The notes under the pieces: generated by a model
Told to the model about the DNA's origin: nothing
What the model saw: the letters and a program-made list of their open reading frames with translations, nothing else
Database searches by the model: none
Program-made: the position numbers and the translations under genes
Shown: piece by piece, positions 1-13,458 of the stretch
How the letters are laid out: every line of letters starts with the position of its first letter
Position numbering within the stretch: the stretch's first letter is position 1
Source: Eledone cirrhosa
Lineage: Eukaryota
NCBI GenBank assembly: GCA_964016885.1
Contig: OZ024741.1
Span: 369,458,001 to 369,522,000, forward strand
Length of the DNA stretch: 64,000 bases
Reading direction: 5' to 3'

Positions 1-210
1 TATATACACACATGTACTGACAACACACACATACACGCACATATACACATACATGCACATATATGATCTCACCTACACATACAGTCAGATTTACCCATAT
101 ATACATACATGCAGACGAACACATACACACACACACACACATACACATACATATATACACACACATACACATATGCATACACACACACATACATATATAT
201 ACAGATATAT
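1..210. repeat. (CA)n/(TA)n mixed microsatellite
   Basis: Degenerate CA/TA dinucleotide run. Confidence 0.9.
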
Positions 211-371
211 CATCGCCTTGATCCTTCTCACCAATCAAAACATCTCATTTTGTCAACCTCTTGAAACTCTGACTTTACCACATAGCATGTATTTCATTTT
301 CTTATAGCATTTTAAGAGGGTCCGTCGAGCTGCCGATTATTGAGTCGGGTAGGATCGATATAGATCGAACC

Positions 372-413
372 TTGAGCTGATCAGTGGCGAAACGCGCGTC
401 ACCTATCAATAAA
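372..413 (+). ncRNA. Degenerate minimal hammerhead ribozyme followed by AATAAA, in a PLE pLTR-like segment (211-557)
   Basis: CTGATCA(377-383, G8>C)-gtggc-GAAAC-GCGC-GTC(398-400), AATAAA at 408-413. Stem I is poor. Confidence 0.5.
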
Positions 414-557
414 TGCAATGAAGGAATAATCAATCGTCCTTTTTATCCTTTCTATATTTTACACTCTGTATAGCTCTACACATCATCACAGAAGTGAACC
501 TAAACATCGAGTGCTCACCCGGGTGAACCTGCAGTAACTCCTAGTTACACCCACTGG

Positions 558-558
558 G

Positions 559-593
<35 letters not shown>

Positions 594-597
594 GTAT

Positions 598-637
<40 letters not shown>

Positions 638-639
638 GT

Positions 640-679
<40 letters not shown>

Positions 680-721
680 GTATATATATATATATGTATA
701 TATATGTATGTATATATATGT

Positions 722-761
<40 letters not shown>

Positions 762-765
762 GTAT

Positions 766-805
<40 letters not shown>

Positions 806-814
806 GTATATATA
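558..814. repeat. Degenerate (TA)n/(TATG)n microsatellite, the first of dozens separating the elements
   Basis: Direct reading. Other long tracts at about 5479-6037, 20117-20702, 21146-21628, 26739-27444, 39956-40470, 53231-53893, 58121-59177 and 62881-63600. Confidence 0.95.
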
Positions 815-1399
815 TTTAGCAGGGTGGTAGAATCAGTGGTCGCCACTTTAACAGGGTAGATGATTGAAGGTCGTTAGTTGCCAGTGTGGTAAGTGATAGT
901 ATCCTCGTTGGATTATCTTGTCGACATAGACGCGAGGGAAGGTCCCTCGATCTATTTACCATCTAAGTATTTATAACATTCCTTTCGTCAGGTCGCCAAT
1001 TCCAGCAGCATGGATTATAGATGTTATTGAGAAACGAGTAACATAATAATGATTTCAACAGCAGAAATTAGAGATGAAATGTATGTTTATTTTTGATGTA
1101 GCACAAACAATGTTTGTTAACTTAAATGGTTGAAGTTACAGATAAGAAGAGGTTACAAAAGGGAATGTGCCATTGCGCCGAAAAGCCGGCGAGGCTAGGG
1201 TGCAATATCTCACCGTTACATTATGCGTGTTGCTGGCTCGAAGTTTCTGGTACAAGAGAGAGATTCTTCAAATCTTCGCGGGGAATTTCTTCCTCAGGGC
1301 GCGTAGGGATACATCCTCTTCTACTGGCGCTGATTGGCTGAACTGAGCCAAATCACGCATAGAGAATGTATGTGAGCCTGCGGAATGTAGGTCACTACA
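815..1399 (-). repeat. 3' LTR
   Basis: Matches 2978-3562 with roughly 15 substitutions by eye. Confidence 0.9.
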
Positions 1400-1402
1400 A
1401 TA

Positions 1403-1411
1403 CCCCTTTCT
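1403..1411 (-). promoter_or_regulatory. Polypurine tract
   Basis: Minus strand AGAAAGGGG, 3 nt before the TG of the 3' LTR. Confidence 0.7.
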
Positions 1412-2963
1412 AGATGGTAGTCGATACAGATTATTAAATCAGCAAGAACAAATGCCGAAAGAGCACATCAGTGACAAAATAATTGAGCAGAAGGTTGCAT
1501 GCAAGAACAAAAAATGAGGCGCTACGGGCCGTGTTGAGCCGCTGTGTCAAATGACCAGTTGTTTTGTTGTTTATACGTGACCGCCAAAGGTCTAACAATA
1601 AACGGATAAAGTCTGACATGGGCGAAGTTGCTGTTCTTGCATTAAATGTCAATGGCAAGTGCTGCGCCAGTAGCTGTGGACGAAGCTATTATGGCAGTGC
1701 TGGCAAGAAGATGATGGGTAGGCGAGAAAATGTTGGCCTCCCAGATGTATTGCCGAATGTGCTAGGGAGCCAGGAAAAAATGGCTGGCTGCTTTGTAAAG
1801 AAAAAAAGGCAAGTTTAATCTGTAGGTGGGTTGCAGTGTAAATTCCACAATACGGGCGAATCCACAGAAGTGGCCGAAATGCTGACAAGTCCAGTTCAAT
1901 TTGTTGCTTTCCCAGCGAGTCGGGCAAAAACAACAAGACGGATGGCCGTCATGGACGATCAGTGTGCAACGAGATGCGAAGCTGTTTGAGTTCAGCTGCA
2001 ATTAGTATTCTCGTGTTGCGGTGCCTGTTTGAATCCAGTGGATTAAGCTCTGTGAGCTGCTAGCATGTGACAGCACCTCGACCAGGTGAAAAGGGACTCG
2101 CAGAATATTACGTTTGAAGAACATATACCAAGAACAACATGTTGGTGTGTGATAAAAAAAATGTGTGCATATGCAGGCATGTAAAACAGCAAAGAATGTG
2201 AATGAACAAAAACCATGAGCAAGCAAATAGCAAAAGAGCACAAAACAAGTAAATGCATTCTACAAAGAAATATGTGAATGTAACAAACTGATAATTCAAA
2301 GTCAATCTAAGGGAGCAGAGAAATTGCTCAATAAGTTCAAAGTTTTTCAAAGTCAAATAGTTCACACATCACCAGTGTACAGACACTAGTTCTATCTGAA
2401 AACTGAAAAAGAAGTTTGTTAATGCCGTTAGGGGTTAGATGTATGGTGTTTTTGTGAGTTTTCGTGGCCATTTTACCGTCCCGCCACACGGTTGTGTTGC
2501 TTATTGTTAAAGCAAAGTCAAAGAATCTTCTGTAGAGTAGCAGTCACCAAACATGGCAGCCACGTCTGACGCCATAATGGTGAGAAAACTACTGTCTCAA
2601 TTTCTCGAGTCCCTGTGGTAACGAGACAGAAGGTATGGTGGTTGCGTCGGTAAAGCTACAAGCCGTCCTGAAATTTCCGATGTGTGGTGGTTTGCGTCGG
2701 TAAGGCTATGAAGCTGCCACTCACTATTCCCTGTTTTGGTCAGTGGCTAAACAATGTTGTCGCTGCTGCTGTCTTTGTTGATCGTAGACAGGACTTGTCA
2801 GTAGCCATTTTGAAATTTCTTCGTGGCGAAAAGTTTTTGAAATACTGCTAATTTTTCAAAAATCTTAAAAGGAATATTTTTTATTTTCGCAAGTTGCGAA
2901 AAGGTTGGCAACGTGGCAATAAAAGTTCAACTGAATAAAAAAGAAGGGCTACGTTAAATTCTT

Positions 2964-2976
2964 ACGTCGGTCACCA
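2964..2976 (-). promoter_or_regulatory. Primer-binding site, tRNA-Trp-like
   Basis: Minus strand TGGTGACCGACGT just after the 5' LTR; the tRNA-Trp PBS is TGGTGACCCCGACGT (2 C fewer here). Confidence 0.7.
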
Positions 2977-2977
2977 C

Positions 2978-3562
2978 TTTAACAGGGTGGTAGAATCAGT
3001 GGTCGCCACTATAACAGGGTAGATGATTGAAGGTCGTTAGTTGCCAGTGTGGTAAGTGATAGTATCCTCGTTGGATTATCTTGTCGACATAGACGTGAGG
3101 GAAGGTCCCTCGATCTATTTACCATCTTTGTATTTACAACATTCCTTTCGTCAGGTCGCCAATTCCAGCAGCATGGATTATAGATGTTATTGAGACACGA
3201 GTAACATAAAAATGATTTCAACAGCAGAATTTAGAGATGAAATGTATGTTTATTTTTGATGTAGCACAAACAATGTTTGTTAACTTATATGGTTGAAGTT
3301 ACAGATAAGAAGAGGTTACAAAATGGAATGTGCCATTGCGCCGAAAAGCCGGCGAGGCTAGGGTGCAAAATCTCACCGTTACATTATGCGTGTTGCTGGC
3401 TCGAAGTTTCTGGTACAAGAGAGAGATTCTTCAAATCTTCGCGGGGAATTTCTTCCTCAGGGTGCGTAGGGATACATCCTCTTCTACTGGCGCTGATTGG
3501 CTGAACTGAGCCAAATCAGGCATAGAGAATGTATGTGAGCCCGCGGAATGTAGGTCACTACA
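2978..3562 (-). repeat. 5' LTR
   Basis: See 3' LTR. Confidence 0.9.
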
Positions 3563-3566
3563 TATA

Positions 3567-3625
<59 letters not shown>

Positions 3626-3633
3626 GTATATAT

Positions 3634-3664
<31 letters not shown>

Positions 3665-5478
3665 CCGTTTTACGTCCGTTCTTCCACGCTTGCATGGGTT
3701 AGACGGGTTGTCCTGTTGTGGGCAGTGTCTGGTCGGCTGACCATGCCTTGCTCATACAGGAACTGATTTGGCTTGATTTCTACAGCTTGATGCCTTTCCT
3801 AACACCAACCTCATTTACAGTGAGTGCTGGGTGCTTTTTCGTGGCGCCTACACATCCACTTTACAGTGTGGGCTGGGTGCTTTTTTGCCGTGGCACCTCC
3901 ACGACCACCTTGCGGTGGGGTGTGTGGGGGCATATTGTCTATATGCTTTAGCTTGTACCCATGGGAGGTTGGGTACTCTGTATTACTTCGTGACGCCAGA
4001 GGTCACGGTCGTGTGTCATCGCCTTTGAGAGGGGTAAGGTTGGCTTTTATCACCTCATCCCAGGTCATCTTGGGTCTCCCGACTCCGCGGTTTCCATCAA
4101 CTTCTAGTGCTCTGCACCTTTTTATGCAGCTGTCATCCTTCATACGCATCACAAGTCCATACCAGCGCAACCGCCTCTCCTGCACACAGCATTTGATTCC
4201 TCTTATGCTCAGTCTCTCTCTCAATTCATTTATGCTTTGTCGTTCACGTATATTACTATTACACATCCATCGGAGCATGCAGGCTTCATTTCTCTCTAAT
4301 CTACGTAAGTCTTCCACCTTCAGCGCCCAGGTCTCACTACCATGCAACATCGCTATTCGGATACACGCATCATACAGTCTGCCTTTCATTTTGAGGGAGA
4401 AGCCTTTTGCAGCTAGCAGTAGTAGTAGTTCCCTAAACTTCTTCCATCCCGTTCTTACCCTAGTTATTGTACTTTCTGAACACCCACCTCCGCTGCTAAT
4501 TCGGTCACCTAGGTAGCAGAAGCTGTCTACTATTTCTACAGAGCCCTCCCAGAGATTGGTGGTACTTGTTTCTTGTGGGTGTTTGCTGCTTGCTGGCTTG
4601 CTGTCCCAGCACAGTTGCTGCATGTGAAGCCTACATTCTTAATTAAGCTTCCTGAGATCCCGCTACATCTCTTGTGTACCCATTGTTTGCATTTGGGGCA
4701 GAGAATGGAGTTCCTACCTACACCTTTCCTACATACTGAGCAAGGCCATTTCCCTGAGGGGATCTGGGTTCTGTTTTCTCGTCTACTTACAAGGACCTTA
4801 GTCTTTGTCATGTTGACTTTGAGACCCTTTCTTTCTAGTCCCTGCTTCCAAGTTCGGAATTTCTTATCTAGTTCTACCATAGATTCAGCTATAAGTGTGA
4901 GGTTATCAGCATACAGGAGTTCCCATGGGCATCCGGTCTTAAACTCCTCCGTTATTGCCTGCAGGACTATGATGAACAGGAGGGGGCTAAGACCAGAGCC
5001 CTGGTGGACCCCAACCTATACGCCAAATTCCTCGCTATACTCATTGCTAATCCTAACTTTGCTGACTGCTCCCCTATACATGGCTTGTACCGCTTTCACA
5101 AGCCATTCATCTACTCCTAGTTTTCTAAGAGCCCACCAGATTACAGCACGTGGAACTCTGTCAAAGGCTTTCTCAAGATCGACAAATGCCAGGTAGAGTG
5201 GCTTACTTTTAGCTAGGTACTTTTCCTGTAAATGCCTGACAAGGAAGAGGGCATCAGTGGGGCCTCTTCCTGGTACAAACCCAAATTGCATCTCGTCTAT
5301 TTTCACCCGGTCCCTAATCAACTCTGCTATAACTCTTTCTGTTACTTTCATGACCTGGTCCATCAGCTTTATACCTCTATAGTTTCCTCTATCTAGTGCA
5401 TCACCTTTACCTTTGTAGCAGTTGACAATGATGCTACTGCACCAATCTTTTGGTATGACACCTTCTAGTATTACCTGG
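3634..5478 (-). mobile_element. RTE-clade LINE family A1, 5'-truncated and disrupted
   Basis: ORF fragments with [27 protein letters not shown] and RRLRWYG; (GAT)n 3' tail at 3634-3665. Confidence 0.92.
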
Positions 5479-5538
5479 GTATATGTATATATATATGTAT
5501 GTATATATATATATGTATATATATGTATATACATATAT

Positions 5539-5699
<161 letters not shown>

Positions 5700-5750
5700 C
5701 ATATATATACATATATACATACATATATACATATGTATATATATATGTAT

Positions 5751-5806
5751 ATCTGGAGATCTCTCTGGCTGGCTGGACTAAAAAGTCACACTCGTTCAGA
5801 CTCAAG
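5751..5806 (+). mobile_element. Tiny remnant of an RTE C2H2 zinc-finger tail
   Basis: Reads [11 protein letters not shown]; joins two segments of 35796-35930. Confidence 0.55.
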
Positions 5807-5884
5807 TATATATATATATATATGTATATATATATGTATATATATATGTATATATATATGCATGCATATATATATATATGTATG

Positions 5885-5934
<50 letters not shown>

Positions 5935-6037
5935 TATGTATATATATATGTATATGTATATATATATTTATATATATATATGTATGTGTGTATATATATG
6001 TATATATATATGTGTATATATATATGTATATATATAT

Positions 6038-9000
6038 CTAAAGAGGGTAAAATTCCCGAGATCCATGGACGAGTTCTCTCCAGCGGTCTCTGTCCCTCAT
6101 TATCGCTGCCATGTCCTGCTTCTCCAACAGACCAGTGTCTGTCCTTAGGGCATCAACATACGTTAACCTTGGTCTTCCTCTTCTAGTGTGTCCATGTAGG
6201 GGCTCCCAAAGGAGCACTGAGTGCAATGTCAACTCTGGATGTCGGTGAGCATCTCCAGCTAACCTCAGTCTCCTCTGTGTCACTTTTGAGCTAACTTTTG
6301 GGATGCTCCCATACAGCTCTGAGTTTTTCATCCTCAGTGTATACTGATTAATGTTCAGAGCCATCCTCAGCATTCTTGTGTAGCACCCATCCACCATCTG
6401 AGTGAGTTTCTTGGTCAGTGTCCAAGTCTCAGACCCATACAGCAGAAGAGACTCCACTACAGCAATATAGAGGCGGATTTTCAGGTCTCTACGAAGGTCC
6501 GACTTCCACACCGATCTCAAGCTGTAGAACGCCGCCCAGGCCTTGCTCTTCCTCTCAACCACATCATCTTCCGTATTCCCAATCTTTGCTCCCAAATACA
6601 GGAAGTCCTCAACCAATTCCAGCGGCTTCCCGCCTACATTAGTGATCCCCTCTGGCTTCTCAACATTCTCTACCAGATATTTTGTTTTAGTCTCATTAAT
6701 TCTCAGCTCCACACTCATCGACACAGTCTCAACCTCCCGCATAAAATCCTCTGCCTCCTTCACTGTATTTGTCACCAAAACTATGTCGTCGGCAAATTCA
6801 GCATCCGATACCTTTTTCGCCCTAACTCTCCTGCTCTGAGCCGGTGCTACAGTAAAGAAAGAGTCCTGGTGTTTCTCAAGTGCAAGGCGCATACAATCGT
6901 CCACTACAATGATAAAAAGGTAGGGAGCCAATCTATCTCCCTGGAGCACTCCAGCCAGTATCTCAAAGAACTCTGTCATCCCATCAGGTGTAATGACTTT
7001 GGCTTTGGTGTTGGTGTAGAGCAGTGATATCAGGTCCACTATCTTCTTGGGGATTCCATAAGCCTGTAAGATCTTCATCAGGCAGTAACGGTCCACAGAA
7101 TCAAAGGCCTTCCTAAAGTCAATGAAAACCATGACCGCAGGAAGGCACTTTGCTCTAGCTCCCTCTAATATCCTCCTCAGCACCAGGATGTGACTGGTAG
7201 TTGATCTACCCTCTCTGAGTGGTTGTCCCTGAGCTTCTTCTCCATCTCAGGCTGGATCCTGTTAAGAATCATCCTGTTGAGGGCTTTGCTACAAGTGACG
7301 TCAGTGAGATCCCCCTGTAGTTGTTGGTGTTAGAGAGATCTCCCTTCTTTGGCACTGGGACGATGTTACTGATCCTCCACTGATTCGGGGCAACTCCTTT
7401 CTCCAGTGCCCCGTTACAGAACCCCAGGATGATATCATCAAAATCCCACCTCTTCATCACCTCTGATGCCACTCCATCTTCTCCATGAGCCTTGCCCTCC
7501 TTGATCCCCTTATTGGCTCTCTGAATCTCCTCTCTGGTGAAGGGCTCTGTCTCAACATCCAGTTCTTCAAACAGCCGCCTGATCTCCCCAGTGCTCTGGG
7601 CTGTGGAGGGTGGCTCTCCTAGTAGGGTCCTAAAATGGTCTAGCCATTTCCTCTTTCTATCCTCGGGCCCCGTTCCCTGGATCTGACTCGAACACCTTCT
7701 CTTTCTCCCTGTGATCTCGCTGATGATCATCCAGCTCTCCTTACATCCAGATCTGTCAACCGCTCTCTCCACACTTCTGATCTTCTCTATCAGTGCCTCC
7801 TCTCTGACCTCAGTGTAAGCGGTACAGAGCTCTTCCCTCATCACCTCCACAGTCTCCATCCTCTCCTCCGTAGGATCAGCATAGAATTGGTCCCTGGCAG
7901 CTTTCAGGTGTTCTCTGGCTGCACACACTTTTGGGTTTGCAGAGCTGACGTGCTTCCCTTTGTTCTTTTTCCTCGGCACCAGGGTTTCACTTGCTTCCGC
8001 CACTGCATTGGTGAAGTGCCCGTACCTCCTCGTCACACACTCCTCAGTCCATCCAATCTCTCTCTCCTCTGACTCTCCACACAGAGCACTAAACCTGTTT
8101 CTCATTTCCACTGTGAACCTCTCCTGTAGCTTATCATCTTCCTTGAAAGCTCCCCAGTCATAGATTGTTCTCCGGGGCCGAGCCTTGCTCTTTCTTAAGC
8201 TCACCCGGACCTCACTCATAACAAGCCGGTGGTCACTACCCAGTGTACTGAAATAGCTGTATGGTTCCGTGTTCAGAACACTATTCCGCCACTTTTTCCT
8301 CACCAGAATGAAATCAATCTGGGACTTGGACAGGTGCATATCTGAGATGTAGGTCCACATCTTCCCCAGATTCTTCCTAAACCTTAGGTTGGTCGCCATC
8401 AAGTTCGCCTCCAGCAGGGTGTCTCTCAGTAGTCTTCCATTTCGGTTGGTGTTGTTATGGAAGTACCAGCAAGGATCTTCACTGCCCTCCTTACTCAGAT
8501 GTGCATTGATGTCCCCCAAAACAAGCAGGATATTGTGTGCCTGAGTGGTGTTGACAGTTCTACACACCTCCTCATGGAACACTTCCGCACTCACATCACT
8601 GTCCCCCTCGGTTGGACTATAGGCTGAGATAACTCTCAGTCTTGGGTTTCCATTGAAGGTCACCCTCAACACTCGCGGGGAGATAGGCATTATTTCCCTC
8701 ACCAACAGATTGGTTTTTGCACTGAACACAAAACCCACTCCTCCCACTGCAGCATTGGTCATGTTCCTCACTGCCGATGTGGTGATGAGCTGGCTCCTCT
8801 TCCCGATCATCACACTCCTCACGGGCTCATCGTGTAGGATCCTGTGTTCTTGGATCGCAAGTATCTGTATACCACTCTCCTCAAACAGATGTCCCAACTC
8901 CTCTCTCTTCTCCAGCGTCCGAATAGTCCTCACATTCAAAGTGCCCATTTTGATGGCTCTTCTGCAGGACAAAACTGCATTCTTTATATTTGTCTCAGAG

Positions 9001-9338
9001 ACAGTTGATCCATCATCCACTGGCACTCTCTGTGGCTCTAAGCCAGCAGAGTCATAACGACCAGACTGCTCCTTGACAGTGTAATTAGGGGCTCTAACCC
9101 TAGTGCTGTTAAATACACTCTCCATATTTCTTTTCAATGGCTGACAATACCTTACCAGCACCACTCAAATAGGGGAGTTATTTAACCCATAAATGGAGCC
9201 CTAACAGGTACTACCACCCCGGGCCAGGGCAGACCTGTGAGTCATGACAACTAAGGGGTAACTCCACATTCCCCACATCTCCTGAACTCCCGAACTGGAG
9301 CCTTGCCACTGGATGTAGTTTAATGTCATACCCAGGAC
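6038..9338 (-). mobile_element. RTE-clade LINE family B, full-length but frameshifted
   Basis: 7269-9164 APE (TLNVRT, QEHR, GDINAH, IDFIL, SDH); 6038-7183 RT ([24 protein letters not shown]); indels near 7200-7285 relative to the copy at 40471. Confidence 0.95.
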
Positions 9339-9415
9339 ATACATGTATATATATATATATATTTATATATATATGTATATATATATATGTGTGTATATAT
9401 ATGTATATATATATG

Positions 9416-9447
<32 letters not shown>

Positions 9448-9470
9448 TGTGTGTGTGTATATATATATAT

Positions 9471-9504
<34 letters not shown>

Positions 9505-9505
9505 C

Positions 9506-9655
9506 TGTTAGAACACGAAAAGTGTGAAACAACAGAATGTTCACTTTTCGTGTTCTAACATATATGGGTAACTTCTTCATAAATTTTCCGGGGATAGCCG
9601 TGGTGGTGGTGATCGTATGTCATTGGCTAATTTTCAACCAATCAGAGTAAGTGTT
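9506..9655. repeat. Small fold-back insert: 19-bp arms, 17-nt loop, about 95-nt right extension
   Basis: TGTTAGAACACGAAAAGTG 9506-9524 / CACTTTTCGTGTTCTAACA 9542-9560, TA tracts on both sides. Confidence 0.8.
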
Positions 9656-10258
9656 GATATATATATATATATATACTATTCCCCCTCTCTCTATATATAT
9701 ATCTTACGCTTTCGCTTTACACTCCTCCCCTTCAATAACACATTTCCCCCTCTCTATATATCTCTTATACAGTTACACTTATATTTCCATTTATTTATTA
9801 CCCCCTCTCTCTATATCTCTTCCACTGTTACTTACGCCTGTTTCTCTCTATCTGTTCCGTCTCTATATATATCTCTCTTACTCTTTCGCTTTGCACTCCT
9901 CCCCTTCAATACCATCTCTCCCCCTCTCTATATATTTGTTACTCTATCGCTGCACGCTCCTCTCCTTCAATATATCAATTACACACTTACGCTGTACACT
10001 CCTTTATCCCCAGCGCCCCTATATATACACCCCCCCCCGCATCTATATTTTAATGTTCCGTTGCACCGTGAATATATGTGTCTATATATATATACATATA
10101 TATTGTATATACACATTCATGTATGTGTATACACACTCATGTATGTATATACACTGGTTTTATGTGTGTATTGTAAATTTGTACTGTTAAAACACGAAAC
10201 TAACATTCGATTGACACTTTGATTACCTGTACAGGCAATAGTTATTAGAATGCTGTTG

Positions 10259-10291
10259 AAGTGTGTATATATTTTGGGGGGACATCCTGTA
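10259..10291 (-). mobile_element. Possible Tc1/mariner-type terminal inverted repeat remnant
   Basis: Minus strand TA-CAGGATGTCCCCCCAAAATATATACACACTT resembles mariner-derived MITE ends; no partner TIR found. Confidence 0.35.
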
Positions 10292-10642
10292 TATACACAC
10301 ATTATATATAATACAATAAACAGATAAATACACACATATATATATGAGCTTATTTAATTATAAATATTGTGAATTTTTAACTCAGTTCAATTATATATAT
10401 AAATGGCTTCTACAGGACTAGAACTGTTTCATTCGAAAGAAATCATCATAATATTGAGAGGGGGGACTAGATAAAATATTTCAAATCAAATGTGTATAAG
10501 TTATAAGTTAAAATGTATAAATAGAGACGATAGTGGAGGTATATCTGTTTAGTGGAACAGTAGACGATAGAATTAAATACAGACGAGAATCTCCCTTTAA
10601 TGAAACAGCAGACGATAGAATTAAAGCAATTTAAATTTTAAG

Positions 10643-10697
10643 CATTTGCATTTCATCGTTACGGGGTCGATAAAATAAAGTACCAGTAATACACTGT
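10643..10697 (+). mobile_element. SINE core fragment (Nin-domain-like)
   Basis: TTTCATCGTTACGGGGTCGATAAAATAAAGTACCAGT; shares TCGATAAAATAAAGTACCAGTAAT with the fragment near 11745. Confidence 0.55.
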
Positions 10698-11058
10698 CAC
10701 TATAAGTAGACGACTTTCAAATTGAATTGTTGGTTCCATTTCTTTAGTATTTTCAATTGTAGTTATCTACTTAAAAAGCGTTACACGGTTAGAGACATAA
10801 TTGGTAAGTTATATCTTCCCTATTAAACCATTGCATTATTTCGCCTACAATAGAACAAAAATGAAATGTTCTTTAAAGAAACAGGAATATAACTTTATAA
10901 AAAAAAAAGTTGCATCCGCTTCTTTTATCATTGATAATTTTTTCGTTTTAATATTAATTGTTTTTTGTAGTTGTTTATATTAAAAATCTTACTGTAATAT
11001 TTACTTAAAAGAAGGCAGACATCTAAACTTATAGATTAATCTTGAGCGAAGGACTAGA

Positions 11059-11139
<81 letters not shown>

Positions 11140-11639
11140 GAAGAATGATAAATTTTCAAGCAAATAGTTTAATTAGGTAATGACTTACAAATTTGTTTCA
11201 GTATATAGACAAAGCCTGAAGCGCTAATTATAATAATTAGTTAATAATATTACAAAATATATTAATATTATATTAAATATATACTGAAACAAATTTGTTT
11301 AGCAGAAAGTTTCCAGACAAGAAACACGCATATTTTGCTATCCTCAAACACGTTTACACATGGCATGAAATATAACTAATCCGAGATGGTTAGGTTTCAT
11401 CTTCTAACTGGATAAACGAAATCCATTATGTCTTGACAACAACATGAGGTAACATTATGTTATTCACAGACACACTTTGTACACTGTTCCATATCAGAAT
11501 GTATTTCCTTCGTCACATTCACAAACAGTATTGAAAATATGTTCTTCGGCAAATAAAAATGTTTTGTTCATAATATTTCAACTAGCGATTGCTCTACTCC
11601 ACGCACGACCACCATAAATTAATGACCAGCTCAACACAA

Positions 11640-11812
11640 GTATTGGTAGAGCGTCAGACACCATGCTTTGCAGTATTGTTATGGTCCTTTGCATTCTAAG
11701 TTCAAATCCTGCCGAGGTTAACTTCGACTTTCATACTTACTAATTCGATAAAATAAAGTACCAGTAATGAACTGCCGTAATGGATTTGTGCCGAAAAATA
11801 GAAACACTATTA
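11640..11812 (+). mobile_element. Decayed tRNA-derived SINE (Nin-domain-like)
   Basis: B-box GTTCAAATCC followed by GCCGAGGT..ACTTTCAT..TCGATAAAATAAAGTACCAG. Confidence 0.6.
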
Positions 11813-12316
11813 ATGTGCAATAAGAGCAAAATATAACGACATTGCTCAGTTATTTTATCTAATGTTGTAATAACACAAGGAAATGTTGTTTGTGTATTTT
11901 TTTTTATATTTGCTCATAGGCTTTTACAATTTCGCTCAGCCAACAACTATTAAAAAGTGAGTTGCTTAAGATAACAATTTAATCACAAATTGTTGCTATC
12001 TTTTAATACACTCCAACAAGTCATCAAATTATGTACAATAAAAACAAATCTTATTAATTTGCTCAGGGAATATAAAGAAAATGTATATACACTGATAATT
12101 GCAATTGTATGTAAATATTTTGTTTTTGTATTGTTTATTTTATGTTTTCTATTATGTATAATATATTGATTTAATATTGATTGTTTTTTGTAGTTGTTTA
12201 TATTAAAAGTCTGAAAATATTTTTATGCATCTTACACTAATATTTATAAGATAATTTATAATAACAATTACATAATCTAATTACATTACAACGATAATTT
12301 ATTATTAATATATATC

Positions 12317-13293
12317 CTGTTTAACTAGAGTTATTACAAGCGTTGCCTTAAAAAAATATTAAACTAGACATGAAAAATGCGCAAGCTCAAAAGTGCCACA
12401 GAATGTTATAATAAACCTTCAAAAGTGTGGGACTAGAGTTGTTGCTAAAAAATATTGTAATCATTATATATCGTACATTCTGTGGCATCCTTTATAAAAA
12501 TAGCTTAAACCAACGAAGCCTTTATTTTTACGCTATTTCACTTAGTTAATTCTTAGAGTGTAACATATAAAAATAAATACATCTATGTTTAATGTAATAA
12601 CAGCTATAAATAATTACGTAATATTATTATCATATACTCATAGTAACAAAATAATTGTGTTGAAAATTAATATGATGCTTATATGAACGATCAAATCTAT
12701 AATGATAATTTCTTAAATATACTAATAGTAAAATAATTTAGTTATCTATTGTTACATTTTCATAGAACTATAATATTAACAATCGTATTGCATTATCAAA
12801 TTTTTATCACTACAAACTTTCATATTGGAATTACCTTAAGCCACTTATTATTACTTCGCTTTCGTACTTTTACAGCTGTAGATATTGCGCTGTATCTTAT
12901 ATCTAATATCAATATCTCATGGTAATTTGCATGCAGTGTAAAATAGGTTTATTAATAACTTTAATATGAAATGTATTATACAGGGCTGCGGAGTCGGCCA
13001 AAAATTGACTGGCTCCAACTCAGGATCCGATACTCCATTATTTCCTAAATTTCAGCTCCGCTGATTTATAGTTGTAAATCATATTTTTATATGTTACACT
13101 CTAAGAATTAACTAAGTGAAATAGCGTAAAAATAAAGGCTTCGTTGGTTTAAGCTATTTTTATAAAGGATGCCACAGAATGTACGATATATAATGATTAC
13201 AATATTTTTTAGCAACAACTCTAGTCCCACACTTTTGAAGGTTTATTATAACATTCTGTGGCACTTTTGAGCTTGCGCATTTTTCATGTCTAG
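12317..13293. repeat. Inverted-repeat insert: about 212-bp arms, about 505-bp spacer
   Basis: 12363-12575 is the reverse complement of 13082-13293; the right arm abuts (TA)n and the left extends about 46 nt to a short TA run. Confidence 0.85.
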
Positions 13294-13319
13294 TATATAT
13301 ATGTGTATGTATATATATG

Positions 13320-13350
<31 letters not shown>

Positions 13351-13375
13351 GTGTGTATATATATATATATGTATG

Positions 13376-13412
<37 letters not shown>

Positions 13413-13458
13413 GTATATATATGTATGTATATATATGTATATATATATATGTATATAT

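Larger units (their letters stand above)
815..3562 (-). mobile_element. Non-autonomous LTR retrotransposon (TRIM/LARD-like) inserted in (TA)n
   Basis: 585-bp direct repeats starting TGTAGTGACC on the minus strand; PBS and PPT in the expected positions; 1.58-kb interior without gag/pol motifs. Confidence 0.85.

Noticed and set aside
1126-3504. Duplicated 71-75 aa ORFs at 1126 and 3277
   Set aside because: Antisense in the LTRs, with no recognisable motif.
11188-11297. 19-bp inverted repeat as a MITE
   Set aside because: AT-rich, single copy, no recognisable TIR family or TSD.
11425-11530. Cys-rich minus-strand reading (MEQCTKCVCE*HNVTSCCCQD) as a host exon
   Set aside because: In-frame stops, short, no clear splice context.
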